From the NCBI GenBank assembly GCA_951406725.2, contig OX597838.1, positions 434,001 to 498,000 of the forward strand: a DNA stretch of 64,000 nt, read 5' to 3'. The notes below the pieces were generated by a model that was not told where the DNA came from, made no database searches, and saw nothing but the letters and a program-made list of their open reading frames with translations. Each line of letters begins with the position of its first letter. Within the stretch, counting starts at the first letter, position 1. The stretch is from Octopus vulgaris. Lineage: Eukaryota. Of this stretch, positions 35,743 to 49,047 are shown in pieces. Position numbers and translations under genes: made by a program.

Positions 35743-37051
35743 ATGCGTTTGTCTATATAAATGGGAGAAAAGCACTAAACTTAAAATAGTTTATTCGCTA
35801 AAGCTGATAATTCATAGGATTGCTACTCAAAGTTCCTTGTTATATGAGATGGTTCAGGAGAGAAAACAGTGTGAATGAAAAGACTTTACTGTTAGTCAAA
35901 GAGATACCGACATCACGTCCTGTAAGCGACGGTAATATTGTAATAGTGACTGTGGCTAAGGCGGCGAGCACGCGGTATTTCGTCTGCCGCAACGTTCTCA
36001 GTTCAAATACCGCCGAGGTCGACTTTGCCTTTCATTCTTTCGGGGTCGAATAAATAAGTACCAGTTACGCACTGGGGTCGATGTAATCGACTTAATCCGT
36101 TTGTCTGTCCTTGTTTGTCCCCTCTGTGTTTAGCCCCTGTGGGTAGTAAAGAAATAGGTATTTCTTCTGCCGCTATGTTCTGAGTTCAAATTCCACCGAG
36201 ATCAACTTTGCCTTTCATCCTTTCGGGATTGATAAATTAAGTACCAGTTGCGTACTGAGGTAGATCTAATTGATTGGCCCCCTCCTACCAAATTTTGGGT
36301 TTCAGCCTAGAGTAGTAAAGAATAATGACTGTGATTGGTTGAGTCGTGTGAAAGAAATTGAAATGCAGAAGTTCGTTGATAACTTCTTCGGGAATTCCTG
36401 TGAGTGTTCCGTTTCTGTTTCGGGGCCTCCTAATTGAACAAACGGGATTCCATAAAGTCAGTAACTATATCCGTTGATTATCAGCACCTGAGGGCTTTGA
36501 CATGCGTCAAATGCACACACACACATACATACATACATACATACATACATACATACATACATACATACATACATGCCTACATACATACATACATACATAC
36601 ATACATACATACATACATACATACATACATACATACAACATACATTATTCATATGCATGCATGCATGTATGTATGTGTATTATGTGTGTGTGTATGTATG
36701 TATGTATGTATAACGTATTTTATGTATGTGAACGCAAAAATTAAGCAACATTACTGGCATCAGCAAGACAGTACAATTAAAGAAGAACGGACTAAAAGCT
36801 ACTAAGTAGCCTTTAGTTCATCTTTTTAAAGTTCTTTTATAATTTACGAACCTTTGTCGTTCGCACAAATGGCGTCACCATGAACAGTTTCTAAAGAAAA
36901 GCCGTAGACCGTAATTGATCCCGAGTCTCGCATTGTCATTGGAAGTGTTACCGTGCTTTAACAAAAGTTACAAAAGAAATCTACGTTTTTTTAAAGAACT
37001 TCCACTTATTGAGAATTGCGCTTTGAAAAGAAATCCTAGCCGAGTTAAAGC

Positions 37052-37059
37052 TATAAAAG
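37052..37059 (+). promoter_or_regulatory. TATA box of protease C
   Basis: TATAAAAG 72 nt upstream of ATG 37124. Confidence 0.75.
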
Positions 37060-37123
37060 AAGGAGCAATATTACCGAGGAAGCATAAAGTGTTTCAGACT
37101 CAGAAACATCACCAATCTCAAAC

Positions 37124-40100
37124 ATGTTGGCTATATTTTGTTTAGCAATCGCTCTTCCTCTCAGTTTCGCTGGTAAACAACCCTTCACTGTTATATTGCT
37201 CTATTTGATAATTTTCGAGACCTTAACACGATTGTATTATCAAGAAAATTTATATTTCTATACAACTAAACCACCAACAACACAATACACAGCTTTTTGT
37301 TAACATATTTGCTAATATTGTTTGTTAATATCTTTCCAGCCCCGGAGGAACAAATCGTTGGTGGCTCTCCAGCAGCAAATTGCCAGTATCCATCAATTGT
37401 TCACTTGATCTTTGATACTGCTCAGGGTGGTTTCGCTTGTGGTGGTACACTATTGGACAACCAACATGTTTTGACCGCTGCCCATTGCTTGTAAGTAAAA
37501 TTTTCTTTCACGGGTTACAAACTAACCATGCTTCCTTACTATTTCGTAGATATCTCTCTTATTATTTCTAATACCATTTTCTTTCATTAAATACTCTAAA
37601 AGAAGCAGTCACTTATACGATTTCTGTTTATATAATTTTCGCTGGTTTATGATCTCAAGCTAAAATTCTATTCATACTACAGTAAAATAATTAAACTTTA
37701 GTTCGCCGTTTATAAAGTTCTATATTTGAGACATGGCTAAATATTGGAGACTGAAAGTAATGCACGTGATTTCGTTTTCATTTATTTAAGCAATCCTGGA
37801 ACTCGTTCAATTTCTGTAAATATTGGTACCAATAATAACGACCAGAGAGGTCGATATGTTATGACAGCTACTAAATGGAAAGTACATTCTCAGTATTCTT
37901 CTAAACCCATGCGTAAGTATTTTCCAATCGATATTTAACCGCATACTCTACACAAATAATCTTATATCTAAACATTTTGGCGATTTACTTGTGATTACAG
38001 ACATAAGTGAATGTTAAACACCTCAATGTAAGCTAAACACCGGCTATAAGCTACTACAGTTAAACAGCTAAATGTGTGTTAAACACCAAAATACGCAAAA
38101 ACTTACTCGAGAAGTTGTCAACCGTTGATGAGGTGTCCATTGTCTTTCTCTCGTCTTTCCGCTGTTTTTCTTATTCATGTTCTCTGTAGCATTATTCAAA
38201 TGCTTGTCGTAAAGTTTGTGACTAAAACCAAGTAGATTCCACATGTAGATTATGCAAATTAAAAGAGGAAAGCCTTACTCATATGGTGACTGTAGTATGC
38301 TGGCACGGAAAGACATGACAATCTCGGGAGGGCAATCCACTGGTAGCTATGTAGAAAGCTAGTATTTGAACATACTGATAAATGGAATGAAAATGAAACT
38401 AGCAAAGTACTAGAAAATAAGAAATACAAGGTGTTGTGGGACATTAACATTCCGACTGACAGAGTAATAGAAGCTAGAAGGCCTGATTTGGTAGTGGTAG
38501 ATAAAGAGAATAGAAAGTGCCAGATAATTGACTTTACAGTCCCAAATGATGAAGAAATTAATATGAGAGGCACAGAAAAAAGTAGCTGGACCTAACCATT
38601 GAATTACAGGCACTATGGAGAGTGCGGGTGGAATGTATCCCAATAGTTATAGGTGCATTGGGAACTATCCGTAAAGATTTGAACAAAGGGGTCGAGGAAA
38701 TAGGCATGAAACCCAGTGCAGTACAGCTCCAGAAAACAGTGTTATTAGGGACAACGAGGAGGGTTGTTGGCATCTAAGGATACTTGTAGCCCGATGTTAG
38801 GAATTTTTCTTTTCCAAGAATCTAATCTGTTGAGTGTATATGATAATAATAATAATAATAATAATAATCTCTATTTTAAAAGGCAACGATATTGCTATGA
38901 TACGTCTGCCTAAGCCAGTGCCGTTTGGAAACTGTGTAACTGCTGCGGCCCTTCCTGCTCCCGGAGAGAAATTTGACAGGAAAAGATGTATCGCGGCTGG
39001 ATGGGGTAAAACTGGATGTAAGTATTCGTTTCATTTACTATTTTGCCGTTCACTCAACCTGTCAGTCACGCCCTTCTTTGGTCTAATGGATTGTATATCC
39101 ATTGGATCAAACGTATTCAAGATCAAGACGAAGTCTTTGAAAAACTACTTATTGGTCATTAGTAAACAAGAACGAAATGTTAAAAAAAAACACCATGTTT
39201 ATTAATAAATAAGACAAAGAAAATCGCAACGAATTAATCCCCTGGCTGAATCGTTGGTGGGGCATATTAGGCGTATTGAAGGTTTGGTAATAAAGTTCTT
39301 CTTGTGATCCTTGAGATTAAAGTGTGGAGATGCAGGGCGGTATGGTTCGGTTCGGTCATCCACTTGTAATTTCCTCATAAGTTTGCAGTGGTTGTTGTTG
39401 ATTTCATTCAGGGCAGATCTTGGGGCCAGCTTGTATGATTTGTTGAGTTCTTTCCTTAAGAATTTGTTGTATTCCTCAATGGTAATGGGGCACATATTTC
39501 CACTGACCTCTAACTGGTACATTTTCCCTTATCTATATCTTTGTTTTTCTTTTTCCTTTCTTTCCTTTATTCCTCCGTGTGGCTGGAAGAGGTCGGCGGA
39601 AAGAATTTTCTCTAATCAAAAATAATTAATGCGTTTCTGTATTTTCCAGTCACCAGCCCTTCATCAAGCAAGTTAATGCACGTAGCAATGCCAGTTGTTG
39701 ACCACAGTGTCTGCAAAAAGAGAATGAGTTATGCTTCTCTCACTGACCAACATATTTGTGGAGGTGACTTCAACTACGGTGGAGCCAGCACTTGTATGGT
39801 AAGTTCGCTCTCTTACTTTGTAATATTACATTTCTCAGATCTTATTTTAACGGTTGACAACGATGTCCCTTGTCAAGCAATTAATGTCATTTACATCCTT
39901 CCCATCCCACTCCAACACCAACACAATCACCAATACGAACAACAAGACGAACGAGACCAAGGTTAACGCCATCATCATCATCAATATTATGACCACCACC
40001 ACCAACCTCACCAATCCACTTTCAAAGCTATTGCTGTAGGAATCGTATCAACGTCATCAGTTTCCTAGAGCCAGCAAAGGACATACATATATCTCATCAC

Positions 40101-40357
40101 ATTTACATATTTCTATACACATTCTCATATATATACCAGTATACACACCCGTACCATCTCGAACTAATTGTTAAATGTTCTTTTTGTTTCCTACCCAGGG
40201 TGATTCTGGTGGTCCTTTCTATTGCCCCAGCAGAACTGGCAACATGGTTGTGGCTGGCATCACATCATTTGGTTATGACTGCGCTATTGATGCTGCCATC
40301 TTTACCAGTGTTTCTTACTTCAGGAACTGGATCAGTACCACATTGAGGAGTTTATAA
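37124..40357 (+). CDS. Secreted chymotrypsin-like S1A serine protease, copy C (6 exons, 254 aa)
   Basis: Exons 37124-37172, 37340-37490, 37791-37912, 38883-39017, 39650-39798 and 40199-40357; intact catalytic triad. Differs from B by one residue (DNQH vs DNYH). Confidence 0.95.
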
Positions 40358-40411
40358 ATTCTTGCAAGGCGATGAAACTCTACATTGTACCTGACATCTC
40401 AACTATTTTTT

Positions 40412-40417
40412 AATAAA
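40412..40417 (+). terminator. Polyadenylation signal of protease C
   Basis: AATAAA 55 nt after the stop codon. Confidence 0.65.
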
Positions 40418-40518
40418 ATAGATTTTTACTGAACAATATTCTGGCTTTCTTCTTTTTAAAGAGATTCTCCATCTTAAAGTAGATGGCATTAAAATGTTGT
40501 TGGTGTTTTAGTGAGGAG

Positions 40519-40556
<38 letters not shown>

Positions 40557-40557
40557 A

Positions 40558-40639
<82 letters not shown>

Positions 40640-40846
40640 GCTTTTTGCGCTTCAAGTGTCAACTATGTATGCTGCAAATATTAAAAAATATAACCAAAGT
40701 CTTTGAAACCGCCATATTAATGTTTAAGAATCTTGATAAACGAGTTACTCATAATATTGTTTTGTATTTCGGAAGAATTCCATAATCTTGCTGGTAATGT
40801 CACGGAGTTGCACTTGGAAAGTCCTGTTTTGGTCTTTGTTGGCAGA

Positions 40847-41782
40847 GCAGTGTCTTCTATAACCATAGAGTCTTACACGTGTGCTTGTCCCGGCTGCAGT
40901 TTCTGCTCTTGAAGGCATTGTCCAGTAGTTCTGTCGATTTTGTTTTTCTTCATGGCCAAATCTCTGCCTCTCGTCTGTTTCCAGTCTCCAACGGCGGTGG
41001 TCATCAGCAATGTCCTTCCGCCTTTCAACATTCATTCGAAGACATTTCTTGTCTCACTTGCAGACATCTTTGAGACAATGATGCAGTGTTATCACTATGA
41101 AGGGTTCTGCCCCCATATATAACAGACCTCTCGGGATCATCCCATTTGATACGTGGTGTCCAGCGGAAGTGTCGTTGTTGCAGTCGGATGAGAAAGTTGG
41201 ATATCTGTGCGCGAGTCAGACCTCGTTGTTAGTAACTCACTCGATGCACCTAATGTTCAGGGTCCGTCTCAGGGCGAGAGGTCGAAGGTTTTGAGTCGCT
41301 GCTACAGTCTACAGTAAATGCTCCTGGCTTACTAGTTTGCTTACAATGCAGGTTTTGTAGACAGCAACTTTCGTACGCACCACCGTCAGCTTACTTTTCT
41401 CTCAGACCGTCGTTGCCGATCTTGCTAGTGTTGGGGGTTGGGGGTTGTTCTTCCAATGCGTCGATCTCAGACTCCAGAGAAATGTTGTCTGTGATGCTGG
41501 AGCCGAGGTATGTATACTCGTGGGTGGCTTCCAGCTTGCAGTGGGGGAATACTGCGCACTTTTGACTTCTGCAAATTGGTTGTCATGCCAAAGCTCTGAG
41601 AGGCTCTTGTGAGACTGTCCATGAGGCGCTGTAGTTGCTCCTCAGATTGTGTTGCCAGTGCCGCATCATCTGCAAACAACACAATTCTGATGAGTGTTTT
41701 CGTTTCTGTCTTCAATTGAGACAAACATAGTTTCCCGTTTGATCTTGTATGAAGACAAACACCATCAGTTGATGCCCCAACT
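40847..41782 (-). mobile_element. RTE-clade LINE 3' part (RT to C-terminus), degenerate
   Basis: DGVCLHTRSNGKL...IRIVLFADDAALATQSEEQLQRLMD...FGMT and YTYLGS, with a C-terminal RVRLYGYRRHC. Confidence 0.85.
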
Positions 41783-41837
41783 ATATACATATACAAATAA
41801 AATGAATGGACACACCTCAACATATACACATCATCAT

Positions 41838-42568
41838 CATTTAAGGTTAGCTTTTCCATGCTGGCATGGGTTGACCAGTTTGACAAGGAACGACCAGCCT
41901 CCAATTGTCTGTTGTGGCCTGGTTTCTACAACTGGACGAGGCCCTTCCTAACGCCAACCACTTTACAGAGAGTACTGAGTGTATTTACACAGCACCGGAA
42001 CCCATGAACCTGCAAGGTTAGAAATGCTCAGCTGGAGAAGGATTCAGTGGACATGTCCGTAGGCAGAGACAACCATGCTTGAGAAAATGTTTTCTCAAGC
42101 ACAGTAAACCGCCAAGGGTCTTGATCTCCTGTCACCCCTCTGTGAGTAGATCCTTTCTCACCACTTCGTCCCACATCTCCCTGGGTTTACCCCTTCTGCA
42201 TGCTCCCTCTACAATTTGAGATCAGCACCTGTTGATGCAACTATCTTCATGCATATGAATTACATGGCAGTCTTCTCTCTTGCACATTACATCTCATGCC
42301 TCGTACATCCAGTTTTTCTCTCAAGTCACTTACACACTTAAACCAGCCTTAAATTTCTCATAGTTTGGAGGACTATGATAAACAAGTGGGAGATTAGAAC
42401 CGACCCCTGGTGACCTCCTACTTGTACACTAAGCTCCTTTCTATACTCATTGGCGACTCTCATCTTACTAACGGTATCCCAGTACAGCTCTCACTAACCA
42501 TTCATCTATCCCTAGCTTCAGCATTGCCCACCAGATAAGAGAGCAGAGGTCTCCATCAAAGGCTTTCT

Positions 42569-42572
<4 letters not shown>
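41838..42572 (-). mobile_element. RTE-like LINE fragments plus RTE-type 3' tail
   Basis: Reverse strand RRGKPRETWDEVVRKDL-like and MEKAFD-like pieces; the tail CCATGCCAGCATGGAAA..(GAT)n recurs many times in the window. Confidence 0.55.
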
Positions 42573-42623
<51 letters not shown>

Positions 42624-42639
42624 CGACAGAGGCTACCAA

Positions 42640-43312
42640 AAGTTAATATTTAACCCCACTTAAACATGGATGTTCTATTAGAACAAACTTTGCTGCCAGA
42701 GATAACACGAGAGAAAGTCTCATAAAGGCTTTTGGTGCAAAATGCACATTTGTTTATATCGCTAGAGGGGAGGTAAATCCTCACCAACATCAGCACCCAG
42801 ACCACCTGATCTCAACTGCCCTTGGTCTCATCAACGATGGACACTTGACTGCTAGAGATAGCAGTAACTCAACTCCCTGCCAGAGATATATAGAAAATCA
42901 GTGCCAGAACAACAGGTACTGGACCGATTGTGGCCGTTGTGAGCCTCCCCTGGCACGTAAAAAGCACCATCCGTACGTGGTTGATGCCAGTGCCACCTTG
43001 ACTGGCTTCCATGCCAGTGGCACGTAAAAAGCACATCTAGCTGTAGAAACACTACCAGATTAGACTGGAGCTTGGTGCAGCTTCCTGGCTCCCCAGACCC
43101 CGGTCAACCGTCCAACCCATGCTAGTATGGAAAACGGACGTTAAAAGATGATGATGATATATATATATGTAGCGTCCCTCATTGATGAGACCAAGGAAGG
43201 TCGTAATCAGGTGATCAGGTGCACCAATATCCAATGAGAGTTTCTTTCATGGTTGTCTGCTGAAGTAATGTTTGTTCCAATGGAACAATACACGTTTAAA
43301 TAGGGATAAATA
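42640..43312. repeat. Diverged inverted pair of Penelope-pLTR-like segments around an RTE/SINE tail
   Basis: 42645-42845 resembles the reverse complement of 43170-43312 (CACCTGAT...CCTTGGTCTCATCAA.GA.GGAC); contains a hammerhead-like motif at 43182-43216. Confidence 0.5.
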
Positions 43313-44137
43313 CGATCTCTTAAGTTATAAGTGTGTGTGTGTGTATGGTGAGGTGTGTCTATCCATTGTATTTATAAATCTTCTATCCATAAGCCGGTGT
43401 GTCAGAGTGAATATTGCCTCCAAAAGACACCCCTTAAAAATTTAGTGCAACTTCAAACATGGATAGTTTCAGCCTTCACTAACGGACTCCATGTTAATCC
43501 AACCACTAAAAAAGTTCCATAGTAATCTATTTGCTCTCTTACAAACCCCATCCTGATCTATTCACTGCCTTCATTCATTTAATACAGTCGCAAATCATCA
43601 AATTCAACATGTTCTAATATTTTATAAGCAGCACAATGAGACATTCTTAGTTTCCACCCACACGATGGACCCCAAAATATAAATGGTATTTGCAATCACA
43701 GCCTTCACAAACTGACACATTTACTTACAGATAAAACTTCAAAGTCACTGTCAACCTTTTCTTTATAAAGATAAATTCTATGCTCTACATATAGGCATTG
43801 AGTACTCTTTCAGTTAATGTTTGAAAGTCTTCATATAAAATTATACACAAAATACATTGGCCCACAAGTGTGTTGCGTCTCTGTCTTTTCTGTTGCTCTT
43901 ATTTATGTTTATGGGGGAGGGACTTTCTTTGCCTTGCAAACCAGAAGGCAACCCTGCTAGCACCGGTGAACCCATTCTGTAAAGTGGTTGATGTCAGGAA
44001 AGGCTCCCAGCCCTAGAAACCATGGCAAAACTGAGACACTGGAGCAAGACAATGGTCGTTCAACCTGTCAAGTTGTCCAACTCATGCCAGCATGGAAAAC
44101 ATGTAAAATGATGGTGATTGATACATACACACATTCC

Positions 44138-44173
<36 letters not shown>

Positions 44174-44920
44174 CAAACACACAAATAAGTATATTTATCA
44201 ATAATCATACAATGAAACCTATATACACTCAGTTGACATTATTTAAGTGCCTTGACTCCTTTTTTTGTGTCAATGTTCTCCTTAATTGATCTATAAAGTG
44301 AAACTTTGAAGTGGCTGGCATCAGGAAGAGCATCATCATCATCATCGTCGTTTAACTAGTTCTTAAACATGCAATGGCTATGAGGGTCCACTTGAGTAAG
44401 CAAAGGGCTCCAGGAATAAAAAAAAAAAAAAGGTTGAAACCCACTGATTTAATCCATGTCAACATGGGAAGTAGACATAAAATGATGATGATGATAGTGA
44501 TGATGGTGGTGGTGATGGTTATCCAGAAAATTAGATTGTATTCATTTTAATTAATCACGGTTGCTGCCAATTTGCAAAGAGACTCTTAGATTGGAGTTCC
44601 TGGATAATATTGAAATGAATAATAAATTTTAAATAAGAAAAAGATATTTTGCAAGAAATTGAAGACAAATTTGGATAGGATTTTGTTATTTATAATAATT
44701 ATTATTATTATATGGAAATTGCCAGTTGACTGACAGACAGTTCTTGAAATGTTCATGATAATTATGTAGTTCCATCCATTCTTCAATAACATTCTCCCAG
44801 GAATGTCTCTGAACAACCAATGTTGGTCAGCATTTTAAATATACAAATATCAGGATGCCATTTCCAAAGACATACAGTGAAGCCAGACTTATAGTTTCCA
44901 CCGAAATTACGACCACGCAA

Positions 44921-45257
44921 TTAGTCATAGATTTGTTTAAAGAAGGATTTTTCAGATTTGTCTTCATTGTTGCTTTCTGAAAGAAACAAAATGGAAAAAA
45001 ATGAAAATAAATTTTATTCTTTCTCTTTCTTGTACTAAACACTTTATGTTGCACACAAAATGTCTTCATACATCTCATATATATATAGTTTTGATACTAC
45101 ATATGCATATTTCTACACATTTCTGCTATATACACACTCTACATAATCCTTGTATACCCACAAACATAATCTACACATTTCAAATAGACATACATTCAAC
45201 TAACTTCTGGTATACGATCACATATATATGCAAACAACACATTTCTGGTGTGTGAAT

Positions 45258-45331
<74 letters not shown>

Positions 45332-46598
45332 CTTACATATTCCTGTCATACACACATCCAACACATTCCTGGTACACATAAACACACACACACACTCACA
45401 CATTAAAAAGAAACAATGAAAGGCCCTCTAGAAGTTGCTTGACTTGCTAGAAACAGGAACCAAATTTCTCTCAAGTTACAACAACTTAGTAGTTTAAGAA
45501 AGAACACATTAGAAAATGTAGTCATGGTTGGAATGTCATTGATTATAGGTCTGCAGACTTAAGGTTAAGCAACAAAAAGACCACACACACCTTGCATATG
45601 GCATGCCTACACCCTACAAACTTCTTACAACACACACACACAATAACTGTGTGGAAATGTTAAAAGTCTGAGAGTAAAATTGATTAAATATTTGCAGGAG
45701 AATCGGAGCAAATTGTGTTGTAGATTATTGTAAGACAAAACAAACCTGAAAACTCCACAAGTAAAACAGCCTGGAATGAGTCCAGTGCTTCCTGAGCGGC
45801 CATGCTTAACTCACTTCGGTCCAGGTATTCCAAATGGTTGATCACTTTCTTGATTTCAGATGCTGAAATATGAAACATAACATTTCGGTTATATATATAT
45901 GTATATACACACGCACACATATATGTACACGCACATACATACACACAGGCATATATTCATACACAAGCACATACATACATGTATGTATACAACAGGCTTT
46001 TTTCAGTTGTTTTGCCTATCAAACCCACTCACAAGGCTTTGGTTAGTTTGAAGCTATGGTGGAAGACACTTGCCCAAGATACCAAGCAGTTGGACTGAAC
46101 CCAAAACCACATGGTTGGCATGTGAGCTTCTCAACCACACAACAACACCTACACAGCAGGGCCCTGCAAAAATGTAGAAACACTTTAACCCCTGATAACT
46201 TACAAGAATTTCTTAATTATGTCCTTTGCATTTGCCCTGGATTTTTGCAAGAATTTGTGTTTACCATAGATTAATTGATTCCTTATCTTATGCAAGAACG
46301 TTCAAAGCATTTTATTGATGTTTGAGCATATGCAATCGTTTATGGGACTTCACAGGGTTAGGATTTGTCACCTATCCAACCTGGGTAAATTTCTGGAGAT
46401 CAATTACATGCATTAGGGACACCTAGCATCAAGAACTTGAGCTAGAATTCTTAAATACAGATACATGGAATATGTGCTTAACATAAATATTCATGTCATC
46501 ACACAATTCCCAAAAGTATTTGAACTTATATTTCATGAACTTGCAACTTCATAGACTAGTTTGGCATGCAAAACACATGTGAAGACAAGGGGATTTAG

Positions 46599-46639
<41 letters not shown>

Positions 46640-49003
46640 TTTCTTAAATATAGCCACAAAACACGTGTAGTTATTCTACTAAAAATATACGTTTTATTTA
46701 TTTATTATTTTGCTCATTACTTAATCATCGTTATATGTTTTATCTTATATTTAATCTTTCTATAAGATGTAATTTTTCTAAATGGTATAATTTAATTTTT
46801 TCATTATTGAATTGATAAAAGGTGTTTTCTTTTCTAATTTACATATATATATATTATATTTTGTGAAATTTGATTTAGTATTTCTAAATTGAATTAAACC
46901 CTGTAAGTTTGGAATAATATTCCCTCATATTATCATTATTATATATATTTTCATCATTATCATTTAATGTCCGTTTTCCATGCTGGCATGGGTTGGAAGG
47001 TTTAATTGAAAACTGGTAAGCCAGGGAGCTGCACCAGGTTCCGATCTGATTTGGCAAATTTCCTATGATTGGATGCCCTTCCAAATGCCAACCACTCCAA
47101 GAGTGGGTATTTCTTACATACCACCAGCACAAGTGCCACTGACCGACATCAGCCACAATGAATGTCTCACTTGGTTTGATAAGTCTACACGAGCACAGTA
47201 TATCGCCGACGGCCTTGGTCACCTGTCACAGCCTCTCTGAAGCCCAATACTCGAATGGTGCTTTTTGTGTGCCAATCAGACAGCCCTGGCATTGGCCACA
47301 ACTACGGTTTCACTCAGCTATCCAGGTTTTCACATGCACATCATCCGACCCATTGAAGGGTGCTTTTAACAGGCCAGGTACACAACATTAATATTGGCAT
47401 GACTACCGTCCCACTTGGCTTGACGGGTCTTCTCATTCACAGCGTATCACCAAAGGGGTCTCAGTCACTTGTCATTGCCTCCAGGAGTCCCAACATTCAG
47501 AGAGTGCACTTTACCACCTTCTCCCATGTCTTCTTCGGTCTACCTCTTCACCTCTTCCACAGATTCCCTCCACCATACGAGTGTGACACTTCTTCATACA
47601 GCAGTCCTCATCCATATGCATCACATGACCATACCAGCACAGTTGTCTCTCATGTCCAACTCTTCTCTTAGGACACTTACACTCTGTCGTGCATGCACAC
47701 TGACACTGCACATCCAACAAAGCATTCTAGCATCATTTCTTACAAGACTACACATGTCCTCAGCAGTCACAGACCATGTGTCACTGCCATGTTGCATGGC
47801 TGTTTGCACACAGGCATCATACAGTCTGCCTTTCACTCTGAGCAAGAGGCCCTTTGTTACTAGCAGAGGTAGGAGCTCTATGAACTTTGCGCAGCCTATT
47901 CTTATTCTAGCAGCTACGCTCTTGGAGCATCCAACCCCACTTCTGACCTGGTCACCTAGGTAACGGAAGCTATCAATTACTTCTAGTTTTCCCCCTTGGC
48001 ATATGACACACACACACACACACACAGTATTGTGATCAATTGCTTTTTCTTAAAAATAACCAACTTATTTGTGGGATGTTTTGGGGTGAATTCTGCTTAT
48101 AGCTGCTCAAATGACTGGCGAGTGTGGTTGCTTGTTCAGGTAGACACATGTGCAACTCTTCCAGATCTGCCGGCACAAATAACACTGCCAGATGTAAAAT
48201 GGTGGTACAAATCTGTAAAAGAGAAAAAGAATGTAAGAAAATCATTTATTGAAATCCCAAAGTGGAAAAGCTTGTTATACGATGAGATGTGATGCAGCTC
48301 CATCATTTATTGATGAGATGTGATACAGCTCCATCAGGTTAAATAAATCCAGAGCAGATCTAAGTGAAATGTTTCAGTTCAGAAAACGTCTCCAGCTTGG
48401 AACATGGCCAGAAGAGAGAAATTACTGTGACATCATTAATTAGAAAATATTAATCAGGAAATACCAATGACATGGCGGGAGTGTATAAGTTGTAAGGCCT
48501 CAGGCAGAAGAAATTCTACTTACTGATGTTTACAAACAATATATAGAAAAGGGACATTCAGTTATCACTGGCTGAGGCCATCTAGTTATTAAATTGGTAC
48601 CATGGGTAGGTACAAACCACACAGTTGTATTAATAAAATGTTATGTAAATGTCCAGTGATGAGTACAAATTTTATATTGAGTAAAGCTTGGCTCAACCAG
48701 GTTGTGTTGCCATAGATACAAAGTACTACTGCCACTATTACTACCAACAATAACATCAACCACACTTACCTGTCCAATTAGTGTGTCACGGTGCCGAAAT
48801 TCAGAGAAGTCCGTCACTTTGTTTGTGCTAATTAAACCAAGGATTAAAGCATTCCAGACATTGGCAAAGACTGATGCCTGTCCATATTGCTCCCTTCTGG
48901 TCGGGGTTCCAAGAGCCAGAGCAGCATTGATACGTACTTTGAAGTTGCTGCAATTCTGAACAGTGTTGCTTAAACTGCAATACACACTGACCTGTGAAGA
49001 AAC

Positions 49004-49047
<44 letters not shown>

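Larger units (their letters stand above)
35730..41087 (+). repeat. Segmental duplication unit 2 (contains protease C)
   Basis: Nearly identical to 22946-28700; lacks the 395 bp at 24808-25202. Confidence 0.95.

Noticed and set aside
21073-41782. RTE 5' part (21-22.5 kb) and 3' part (41 kb) as one split element
   Set aside because: Both are on the minus strand but in the wrong order for a single interrupted element.
48059-48064. Weak HEATR6 donors (GTTGGT here, GTCAGT at 51014)
   Set aside because: Still GT-AG and phase-consistent; ordinary variation, although the 48065 boundary is the least certain.
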